Positions 25,671 through 33,506 of a stretch of 33,506 nt of DNA are shown here, piece by piece (position 1 is the stretch's first letter; each line of letters opens with the position of its first letter). The position numbers and the translations under genes were made by a program. Source of the stretch: a virus (Duplodnaviria; Caudoviricetes); IMG/VR virus record IMGVR_UViG_3300020422_000001, positions 1 to 33,506 of that record. One strand, written 5' to 3'. The notes beneath the pieces are model-generated. The model saw only the letters and a list, made by a program, of their open reading frames with translations, ran no database searches and was not told where the DNA came from.

Positions 25671-27047
25671 ATGACATACAACGCTAACAAAGCATTTGCT
25701 GAATCTATGAAAGCTGCAGGTATAGGTGGCCTGTCAGGTAAACCTACTACGTCTGCTGCAAAAAGTATTCAAGATAGGTTTAGAGAACAGACACAAAAAG
25801 ATAGCGGTAGTACATATGATGAAATAGCATTACCATCTGAGAAAAAAATAGACCAAAAGATATCAGGGCTAGGTGGTAAAAAACCTACGAAGGATGATAG
25901 AAACTTAGATCAAAAAATATTTGATGGGATGATGTACTACGGTGCTAAGTTTCTTGGTTTAGACAAACCAGATCCACGTGATGATGACATGTTTATACTG
26001 GACGCATACAACAGTGATCCTATGTTTGTAATACCAGACCCTATACCTGTAACTGAAAGTGGTATCAACACAGGCACATATGACTTTATAGATATGTCAA
26101 AGTTAGCTAGTGGTCCTAGTCAGCCAAAAACACAACCCAACATGGACACCGCACCACAGATAGGTGACGTTGATGATACACCTGTTACTACCCCAAAAGT
26201 TCCAAGTTTAATGACCCCTCCTACTATGGAAGGTGTACCTAACATTCCTGATGAAACAAAAACTGCAGACTATACAATACAATCAGGTGATACTTTAAGT
26301 CAGATAGCTAAAGCAACAGGCAGCACTGTTAAAGAACTAATGGCTATTAACAATATAAAAAATAAAAACAAAATCTTTGCAGGGGCAGATATAAAGATAC
26401 CCATATATAGAAAGGGTGATGCAGAAGTAGTAAAGAGCGCTACAAGTATGAAAGAGCTTGAACCTATTAAAGCATCCTATAATTTAGCACTTGCATTACC
26501 ACCACTTAAACCAGATGTAAGTGCTGATACGTATGAGAGTCCAGATGAAATGTCAGACTTAGAAATACTAGCACGTACTATACACGCAGAGGCAAAAGGC
26601 GAATCTGACAAAGGTAAACTTGCTGTTGGTGCTGTAATAGCAAACAGGGTAAAGGCACAATCTTGGATGGGTAAAAACCTAAGAGAAGTAATATTAAAAC
26701 CAACTCAATTTTCTCCTTGGAACTCTTGGACAGGAGGTGCAAAAGGAGAACAGGGTAAGGATATGCTAGGTGTGTCTGCTAAACCCAGTGAAGAATCATA
26801 CGAAGCTGCTAGAAAAATACTTAGTGGAGAATATGAAGATCCTACAAAAGGAGCAACACACTTTCTTAATCCAAAGGTAAGTAAGCCAAATTGGTATGGA
26901 AAATTTGTAAAGAATGATCCTCTAAAAATAGGCAAGCATCAGTTTGGATCTCCTGATGATCCTTTCTGGAAGTTTAGAGGGATTGATGTAAGCCTAGAAA
27001 AATCACTAAGACCAAAAGTTAGACCAAAAGGATTAGGTGCAAAATAA
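25671..27047 (+). CDS. Virion-associated peptidoglycan hydrolase: LysM + SleB/Hydrolase_2
   Basis: LysM motif YTIQSGDTLSQIA..TVKELMAINNI..IFAG. SleB motifs LARTIHAEAKGE..GKLAVGAVIANRV, QFSPWN, DPTKGATHF, IGKHQF. ATG 25671 follows AGGTGA. Confidence 0.88.
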   Translation: MTYNANKAFAESMKAAGIGGLSGKPTTSAAKSIQDRFREQTQKDSGSTYDEIALPSEKKIDQKISGLGGKKPTKDDRNLDQKIFDGMMYYGAKFLGLDKPDPRDDDMFILDAYNSDPMFVIPDPIPVTESGINTGTYDFIDMSKLASGPSQPKTQPNMDTAPQIGDVDDTPVTTPKVPSLMTPPTMEGVPNIPDETKTADYTIQSGDTLSQIAKATGSTVKELMAINNIKNKNKIFAGADIKIPIYRKGDAEVVKSATSMKELEPIKASYNLALALPPLKPDVSADTYESPDEMSDLEILARTIHAEAKGESDKGKLAVGAVIANRVKAQSWMGKNLREVILKPTQFSPWNSWTGGAKGEQGKDMLGVSAKPSEESYEAARKILSGEYEDPTKGATHFLNPKVSKPNWYGKFVKNDPLKIGKHQFGSPDDPFWKFRGIDVSLEKSLRPKVRPKGLGAK

Positions 27048-27493
27048 TGTTTGGACTACCACTAGAACTAATAACAATGCTTGGCTCTACCGTGCTAGGT
27101 GGAGTGATGTCCATCTGGGGGCAGAGCATGAAGATGAAACAAGAGCAGAACAAGATGCTCATGGAACGTGCCAATGCCAACGCAAGCTTTGTAGCTGAAG
27201 CACGTAACGCAGGAAAGAACGATAAACACTTTGCATGGACAAGAAGACTTATTGCATTATCTGCAGTCTTTGCTATAATAGTGTTGCCAAAGTTGGTTGC
27301 AGTGTTCTATCCTGAAGTAGGCGTATACGTAGGCTACACTGAAATACAGACTGGCTTCTTTGACTTTATCTTTGGAGCAGGTGAAGAAGTAGTTAAATGG
27401 AAGTATGCTGAAGGATTTGTAATAACACCATTAGATACACACATTGTATCAGCTATCGTAGGCTTATACTTTGGTGCAGGATTTACTAAGTAG
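27047..27493 (+). CDS. Membrane protein, holin-like
   Basis: Hydrophobic segments at the N-terminus, the middle (WTRRLIALSAVFAIIVLP) and the C-terminus (AIVGLYFG), resembling 3TM holins. Confidence 0.6.
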   Translation: MFGLPLELITMLGSTVLGGVMSIWGQSMKMKQEQNKMLMERANANASFVAEARNAGKNDKHFAWTRRLIALSAVFAIIVLPKLVAVFYPEVGVYVGYTEIQTGFFDFIFGAGEEVVKWKYAEGFVITPLDTHIVSAIVGLYFGAGFTK

Positions 27494-27502
27494 GATAAAA
27501 AG

Positions 27503-28030
27503 ATGAACCCATTTGATAGACCAATTCCGGGTCAGTCTCTGACAGACGAACCCAAGAACAACCCTTGGGAAAACCCTGCAGAGATGTCTGACATGATGGA
27601 GATCACCAAGTACTACATCAACAGGTTAGCTAATCAAGAGGTAATAGATGATCTTGCTACCCTAATGCGTGTAGGGATACCCTTAAAGCCTGTAGTTGAA
27701 TCTATAACTACAGCAGGTACTATGAGAGGTTTGCATTCAGTAGATGCTGCTATGAATGTTGGACCTACAATACACCACTTTCTTAAAGAAGCTATCGAGT
27801 CTATGGGTGTTGAAGTAGACGAGGATGGTATTGACTATGAGAAGCAATCTAAAGAAAGAGAACTGGAAAGATTAAAAATGTTAGTAGCAAACTACTTGTC
27901 AGAAAACCCTGACGATGGCACAGATCCAGGCAAGCAGATGTTACAAGAAGTGTTAGACGCAGGAGAGACTGAAGAGGAAGAAGCAACACCAGAAGATAAG
28001 CCTATGGGCTTGATGGCGAAAGGACAGTAA
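27503..28030 (+). CDS. Conserved hypothetical virion-region protein
   Basis: 175 aa with FDRPIPGQSLT.EP...PWE.P N-terminus and a GLM C-terminus. Confidence 0.75.
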   Translation: MNPFDRPIPGQSLTDEPKNNPWENPAEMSDMMEITKYYINRLANQEVIDDLATLMRVGIPLKPVVESITTAGTMRGLHSVDAAMNVGPTIHHFLKEAIESMGVEVDEDGIDYEKQSKERELERLKMLVANYLSENPDDGTDPGKQMLQEVLDAGETEEEEATPEDKPMGLMAKGQ

Positions 28031-28031
28031 G

Positions 28032-29411
28032 ATGGGATTTGATTGGGGAACCTTCGCAGGTAGCTTCTTAGAAGAATTAACTGAGGGCATAGAAGAGAGA
28101 GAACAGGAAGCTAAAGATTACAAACAAGAGCAGAAGCAAAAAGCTGAACGTAATCTTGAAAGAGTTAGAACAAGTGATGCAAGAGCGCAGCAAATCGCAC
28201 AGATAGGAAGACAGGCTATGCAACTTGGTGCGACTAAAGAGCAGGTCATTGCGGCTATGTCTTCAGGAGCAGGAGGTGTTCAGGATTTTTATACAAAGCT
28301 AACACAGATAGCAGCAGACAATAACCTACAGGCAGGACAGGAGCTAACTCAAGAGGATATTGAAACTGGCATAGCCCTGACAGGTATACCAAGTATTGAT
28401 CCTAAGTATATCACCATGACCTTAGATCAAATAGCAAGGCAAACTTACGGAGCAGCAAGACCTCAAAAACCTGTTGTTACAGATCCGACACCAACACCTC
28501 AGACAGGTGGTATAAGAGATCTGTTTGGTTTTAATGAAAGAGCAAAGGTAGACAGAGAACTTGAAGAGGAAGGTTTCTATGGTGATATGTCCATAGCTGA
28601 TATAAACTTCCTAGCCCAACAATCTGAATATAAATCTCTTGTACCTAATGCCACTATGACTTTTGCAGATATACCTAACTTCAACTCTGATGCTAAGTTT
28701 GAGTTTGGACAAGATCTAATAGCTGCACAGGTAGATGGACTAAAAGCTAGAGAAGATGAAATTAATGCAGCAAAATCACTAGCACTGCAGGGTCAGTATA
28801 TAGTAAATGGTGTAGCATTGTCTGGTCCTGAAGCAGAAGCACACGCAACTATGGCAATACGCTTAGAACAAGCAGACTTCCTAATTCGTAAAGCTGCAGA
28901 GGATTACACACCAACAGGCTTCTTTGATGACCAGTCAGTAAAGGCTATGATCATACGTACTATGAACCAAGAAGGTGGAGGTGATGATGACACCACTGGT
29001 TTAGAATACTATAACGATTTAAAAGCAGAATTTTTACCAGACCTAGAAGAAGAGGAACCCATTGAGTCAGACCCAGAAGCAGACCCCGAAGCAAACGAAA
29101 ACAACCAAAATCAAGAAGAGACAACGCCCCTTACAGCAGCTGAAGAAGCGGCGTTACTTACAAAGAAAAGAGTTCAAGAAAATGTATACTACCGTGATGA
29201 CGAGGGGAATGTCGTAAAGGGAGTGCCGCCTAGACCAACACTAGGACTTGGTAATATCTTAGGTGGAGCAGGTCTTGGTGGTGAGGATATAGAAGAAATC
29301 TACAAAGGTAACGCACCTGTGCCTGAACGCCTAAGACCTAATCAATGGGATGAATTGTTTGGTGCTATAGCCAACCCTGATGGATCTTTTAAACAATTAA
29401 AAGGTGAGTAA
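28032..29411 (+). CDS. Putative internal virion protein
   Basis: 459-aa acidic protein with an amphipathic F..FAGSFL N-terminus and a coiled coil, located in the ejection cluster. Confidence 0.65.
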   Translation: MGFDWGTFAGSFLEELTEGIEEREQEAKDYKQEQKQKAERNLERVRTSDARAQQIAQIGRQAMQLGATKEQVIAAMSSGAGGVQDFYTKLTQIAADNNLQAGQELTQEDIETGIALTGIPSIDPKYITMTLDQIARQTYGAARPQKPVVTDPTPTPQTGGIRDLFGFNERAKVDRELEEEGFYGDMSIADINFLAQQSEYKSLVPNATMTFADIPNFNSDAKFEFGQDLIAAQVDGLKAREDEINAAKSLALQGQYIVNGVALSGPEAEAHATMAIRLEQADFLIRKAAEDYTPTGFFDDQSVKAMIIRTMNQEGGGDDDTTGLEYYNDLKAEFLPDLEEEEPIESDPEADPEANENNQNQEETTPLTAAEEAALLTKKRVQENVYYRDDEGNVVKGVPPRPTLGLGNILGGAGLGGEDIEEIYKGNAPVPERLRPNQWDELFGAIANPDGSFKQLKGE

Positions 29412-32400
29412 TGAGTAGTTTTAACAACTTAATGAACCAATACAGAGGTGTTGGCGTTTCTGGGCGTAGACAATCGTCTTTGGAAACTACCAGAGATCCT
29501 GTATTTGGTGAAGATTCTCTTACTGTAGACGATCTAGTACAAGACAGACAATACCTTAACCCTATTCGTGAATACATGATAGAACGTAAAGGTGTTGACT
29601 ATAGAGATGCTCCTGATGAAAAAGTTGTAGATGACTTTGTAAAACACATGCGGTACTTCAACACTAATGTGTTGTCTACCTCTGGTGAAATGCGTTTTGT
29701 TTCCAAAGCAGATGAAGCAAAGAAACTAAAAGCAAAACGTGCATATGATATATATGACAATCTAGGTAATGTGTTTGTAAACGATGGTGCGCTTGGTGCA
29801 GTTAGTGGTGTAGGAGACTACATCATGGCAGGAGCAAAAGACCCAACAACATACTTAGGTTTACTTACTGGTGGTCTTGGAAAGTTTGCAGCAGGTAGCG
29901 TTACTTTTACAGGTAAGCAAGCTGTAAATGAAATAGTTCGCAGGGCAGCAAAAGAAGCTGCGTTGGGTGGCGCAGGTAGAGAAGCAGCCAAACAAGCAGG
30001 TCTTCAGGCAGGAAAGGTTGCAGCCAAAAGAGCAGTAGCTAGGGGTGCTAATAGTCAGGCAGCAGACAGGGCTGCAGCAAGAGTAGCTAAACAGGTAGCT
30101 AAAGAAAACCGTAGAATGTTAGCTAGAAAAGCAAGTAGAGAAGCACAAGATAAACTGTTTGATTCTGCAGGTAAGAAATCTTTAATTGCTACAACTGCAA
30201 TAGATGGTACGATGGCTATGTTGCAGGACAACATGGCTCAAAGAACTTTGATGAGAGCAGGGTCACAAGAAAAGTATAGTGTGCTACAGACAGGCTTCTC
30301 TTCTTTACTTGGTGGTGTGGCAGGTGCTGCACAGCTAGGCTTTGGTAAGTTTCGTGGTGCATCTAATCTTGCAGAGGATGCAGATGAAGCGTTGACAGGC
30401 ATAACCAACAAGATCATAGAAGAAGCTATGCCTTTACTGCCATCAGATCAAACTAATAAAGTAAAGAATACATTCATACAAGCTGCAGACGAGTGGGGTA
30501 GAAAAGTAGAAAGAGGCAAACTCTACGATCAAGCTGTTATGCCATCAGAACTTATAAACGATATTGTATTTGGTGTAGATTACAAAGGCACAGAAGAAAC
30601 TCTAGGTGGTATTGCTAAAGTTATGAAAGCAAACGGCATCAAGATGACTAGGAAAATGACAGTCTCTGACTTGATGACAAACGTTGTGCGTAATTTTGAT
30701 GACGATGCTATATTAGAAATAAACCAAGCATTGAAAGGTGCAGGTTTTCAGGTAGGAGATTTGACAGGAAACCAAGGCAAGGTCAGTGATTTACTTGCTA
30801 GGAAACTAAGCGAAGCAGGTGCTACTCTAAACGTCCAATCACAGCTACGTAAGATGTTAGATAGTTCTATTGTTGCTGCACAAGATGCACTAGCTTCTAC
30901 AATAGATAACATAGATGCCAAAGAAGAGATAGGCAAAGAACTAAAGAGAGCGCAGAGACTAAGATACGGTCAGTCTATATGGAAGCGTATGCTTGTGTCC
31001 TCACCTGCTACAACTGCTATCAACGTGTTTGGCTTTGGACAGTTCTACGTAGGCCAAACTATGGCAGACATATTTAACTCTGGTGTACTAGGAGCAAAAG
31101 GTTTAGCTCAGTTGTATACTAATCCCAAAGAAGCTACAAGAACATTTCAACAGGCAAGGGCTTTGACCTTAGTGCAAGGACAAAAGTTTCGTAACTTACT
31201 AGATCCCTACACCACCCATCGTGAATACATGAAGTTTCTTGCTAAAGAAGAAAACAAAGACATAAAGAAAATACTATTTGAAACATACGCAGGTGGTGTT
31301 GATCAATCAACTGCAGCAAGGTATGGAATAAACCCTGATAGTAAGGTAGTAAAAGTTACAGAAGCGATTGCGGATGCGTCAGCGCAAATCTCAGGTGTTA
31401 GAATACAGGATACATTTACAAAGTCTCAAATGTTTATGACTGAGATGGACAAGTATCTACGCTCACAAAAGAATATGACACTACGTCAAGCTTTGAATGA
31501 TGATGGTGCAGAGATAGGTGAAGATGTAATACAGGCTGCAATAGATGGTACTCTTAAATCTGTGTATGCAAAAGATTACACTCAGCAGGATCAACTATTA
31601 GGACAGGTAGCAAAGCTAGTTGAAGTCGCTTCAAATACTCCGGGTATAGGTACTGTTATACCATTTGGTAGATTTATGAATAACGTTGTTGCCTCTGCTT
31701 ATCAGTGGTCACCTCTTGCAGGTATGAGTGTTCTTAGAGACTTTACTAGAAGAACTAAATCACTAGGTTGGATGTTCAGAGATTCGGCTGATGTTAGAAC
31801 AGGTAAAGGCATACTCAATACAGAAGCAACTCTAGATGAAAGAGAAGCATTTGGTAGGTTCTTAGTTGGTAGCACTGGTTTGACACTAGCTATGGACTAT
31901 GACAAGCAAAGACAAGAAAAGAATCTTGGTGTGTTTGAAATAGATGCAGGTGGTGGTACTGTCATTGATGCAAAGAACACATTCCCATTCTCCATTTTCC
32001 TAGCTGTAGGACGTGTGGGTAACAACATACGTGAGGGCAAACCTGTACCTAGAGAGTTAACAACAGAGGCACTGACTCAGCTTGCAGTAGGACAGGTAGC
32101 AAAAGACATACAGTTTGGTAACGACTTGATGAATGCATTAGATGCTATCACAAACGTAGGTCAAGAAGGTGCAAATCGTGGCGCAAACATAGATGCTTTC
32201 TACAAAGCTACAGGTAATGTTGTTGCAGGTGTTACTCGTCCATTAGATTTTGTAAATAAGCTAACTGGTTTTATTATGGGAAATGACTCAGGTAAAGATA
32301 TACGTCAGGCAGATGGTGCAAATGTTTTTACACAGTCAGCCACAAAATATGTAGACAATATATTTGAAAGCTTAGTTGATGCAATAGATAAAAATGAAGC

Positions 32401-32968
32401 AGGTTTTGGGGATGATGCTGTCACAGGAGAAGAACTAAGAGTGGCAAGCAGAGAAGGTGAGATCTATGACCCTAACCCTCTTGCTCGTATCTTTGGTTTA
32501 CGAATAAAACCTGGAAGAACAGCTACAGAAAAAGCATACACCATGTCTGAGATGCATGACTGGACAGCCAGTGAGCGTACCAAAGTACCTGAGTATGACA
32601 AAGTGTTTAACACAATGGTAGCACCTATCATGGAGAGGGAACTACAGAGGCTTATAGATACTCCTTCATTTAAGAATGGTGACCTCAATGCTAGGAGGCA
32701 GCTACTTAAAAAGAGAGTACGCAATATTAAAAGCTACGTGCGTAAGCGCATGGAGGAAGGACATGGGGGCAATGAGAATGCCCGACTTAGAATGGCAGCA
32801 AAGATTTCAAACGTTGACAAGGAGATAAAGACTGATGCTTTACGCATGGCTAAAGAACAGTTTGGCATAGACGGTAAGGTAGAAGACATGGACTACAGAG
32901 AGCTAGGTATAGTCCAAGATTACATAGACTACTTAAAGGATATGTATAGAACAGTAGCTAAAATATAG
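29411..32968 (+). CDS. Large internal virion (ejection) protein
   Basis: 1185-aa helical protein, last large late gene, with DPTTYLGLLTGG and VIPFGRF motifs. Confidence 0.75.
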   Translation: MSSFNNLMNQYRGVGVSGRRQSSLETTRDPVFGEDSLTVDDLVQDRQYLNPIREYMIERKGVDYRDAPDEKVVDDFVKHMRYFNTNVLSTSGEMRFVSKADEAKKLKAKRAYDIYDNLGNVFVNDGALGAVSGVGDYIMAGAKDPTTYLGLLTGGLGKFAAGSVTFTGKQAVNEIVRRAAKEAALGGAGREAAKQAGLQAGKVAAKRAVARGANSQAADRAAARVAKQVAKENRRMLARKASREAQDKLFDSAGKKSLIATTAIDGTMAMLQDNMAQRTLMRAGSQEKYSVLQTGFSSLLGGVAGAAQLGFGKFRGASNLAEDADEALTGITNKIIEEAMPLLPSDQTNKVKNTFIQAADEWGRKVERGKLYDQAVMPSELINDIVFGVDYKGTEETLGGIAKVMKANGIKMTRKMTVSDLMTNVVRNFDDDAILEINQALKGAGFQVGDLTGNQGKVSDLLARKLSEAGATLNVQSQLRKMLDSSIVAAQDALASTIDNIDAKEEIGKELKRAQRLRYGQSIWKRMLVSSPATTAINVFGFGQFYVGQTMADIFNSGVLGAKGLAQLYTNPKEATRTFQQARALTLVQGQKFRNLLDPYTTHREYMKFLAKEENKDIKKILFETYAGGVDQSTAARYGINPDSKVVKVTEAIADASAQISGVRIQDTFTKSQMFMTEMDKYLRSQKNMTLRQALNDDGAEIGEDVIQAAIDGTLKSVYAKDYTQQDQLLGQVAKLVEVASNTPGIGTVIPFGRFMNNVVASAYQWSPLAGMSVLRDFTRRTKSLGWMFRDSADVRTGKGILNTEATLDEREAFGRFLVGSTGLTLAMDYDKQRQEKNLGVFEIDAGGGTVIDAKNTFPFSIFLAVGRVGNNIREGKPVPRELTTEALTQLAVGQVAKDIQFGNDLMNALDAITNVGQEGANRGANIDAFYKATGNVVAGVTRPLDFVNKLTGFIMGNDSGKDIRQADGANVFTQSATKYVDNIFESLVDAIDKNEAGFGDDAVTGEELRVASREGEIYDPNPLARIFGLRIKPGRTATEKAYTMSEMHDWTASERTKVPEYDKVFNTMVAPIMERELQRLIDTPSFKNGDLNARRQLLKKRVRNIKSYVRKRMEEGHGGNENARLRMAAKISNVDKEIKTDALRMAKEQFGIDGKVEDMDYRELGIVQDYIDYLKDMYRTVAKI

Positions 32969-32978
32969 GAGGTGATCT

Positions 32979-33056
32979 GTGAAGAGATACTTGAAGAGGC
33001 TATGGTGTGCCTTATGGAATAAAAAATGCAGTCCAAACTGTGACTGTCTAGACTAA
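32979..33056 (+). CDS. 25-aa cationic Cys-rich peptide
   Basis: MKRYLKRLWCALWNKKCSPNCDCLD with a GTG start after the extended SD AGGAGGTGATC. It ends just before the terminator. Confidence 0.6.
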   Translation: MKRYLKRLWCALWNKKCSPNCDCLD

Positions 33057-33086
33057 AAGAAGGGGCCGCTAAATGCGGCCCTTTTC
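33055..33086. terminator. Bidirectional intrinsic terminator between convergent genome arms
   Basis: AAAAGAAG-GGGCCGC-TAAAT-GCGGCCC-TTTT, a GC stem with A and T runs on either side. Confidence 0.85.
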
Positions 33087-33087
33087 A

Positions 33088-33288
33088 TTATGTCTCCTGT
33101 GGCATTTGTGTACACCATACCCAGTAGTCTGCTTTAAAATCATAGTCAGGTTTGGTAGCTTCTAATATGTCTCTACGTTTCTGTGCCGCTTCATGGCACG
33201 ACTCTACACTGGGATACAAGATGTTATCACTCATAACCATTGGCTTACCATCAAATATAAACAGTGCTATTAAAACCCAAAAACTCAT
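33088..33288 (-). CDS. Small exported or membrane protein with a Cys pair
   Basis: 66 aa with a hydrophobic N-terminus, Y.S.ESC...WC motif, and GGAG upstream. Confidence 0.7.
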   Translation of the reverse strand: MSFWVLIALFIFDGKPMVMSDNILYPSVESCHEAAQKRRDILEATKPDYDFKADYWVWCTQMPQET

Positions 33289-33297
33289 TACTTACTC

Positions 33298-33504
33298 CTA
33301 TGTTATGTCTACTACTTCACACACGTCACCAGTACAGGCAAATGTCTGACTAGATTTCGTGTTATCTTCTTTCTCATACTCTGACAGTTTGTTCCAATCA
33401 ATCTTCTCTGGCATACACGACAGTAGATATTCATAGTCATGCTTACCACAGTCTTGATATGGTGCTTGCTGATAGGTATGATCTGAGTGTGGTAGGAAAG
33501 ATAC
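33298..33504 (-). CDS. nrdJ: C-terminus of class II (B12-dependent, RTPR-like) ribonucleotide reductase, partial
   Basis: A frame not given in the track reads VSFLPHSDHTYQQAPYQDC...IDW..L...EDNT..SQTFACTGDVCEVVDIT*. It has VSFLP, YxQAPY and the terminal CxxxxC redox pair. Confidence 0.85.
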   Translation of the reverse strand, partial: VSFLPHSDHTYQQAPYQDCGKHDYEYLLSCMPEKIDWNKLSEYEKEDNTKSSQTFACTGDVCEVVDIT

Positions 33505-33506
33505 AC

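Noticed and set aside
33312-33506. 64-aa minus-strand ORF in the track
   Set aside because: It is the wrong frame. The overlapping frame ending at 33298 encodes a clear class II RNR C-terminus.

Overview
This window is the packaging and morphogenesis (late) arm of a marine podovirus-like dsDNA phage, encoded almost entirely on the + strand. Gene order and protein style resemble HMO-2011-type phages of marine Alphaproteobacteria, and a Roseobacter-like host is inferred, not shown. The order is: 2OG-Fe(II) oxygenase, a cluster of small basic proteins, a DUF1127 micro-protein, TerS candidates, TerL, portal, a 1003-aa modular protein, scaffold, major capsid, fibre and accessory genes, adaptor, nozzle, a second fibre, ejection proteins including a LysM/SleB hydrolase, and holin-like proteins. 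A bidirectional terminator then meets the minus-strand arm, which carries the C-terminus of a class II RNR. The most unusual signals are: (1) an AT-rich cassette pairing a Thr/Ser-repeat protein, whose central knob is flanked by an exact 40-nt in-frame direct repeat, with a KpsS/Capsule_synth-like glycosyltransferase, a candidate virion glycosylation system; (2) a recurring [FYM]xxGG peptide motif shared by the basic proteins and the module boundaries of the 1003-aa protein, whose N-terminus looks like a polymorphic toxin; (3) an amicyanin-like type-1 copper motif inside a tail fibre; (4) structured RNA leaders before DUF1127, scaffold and capsid; (5) three micro-ORFs missed by the ORF track. 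All family names come from motif recognition by eye, and no database search was run.
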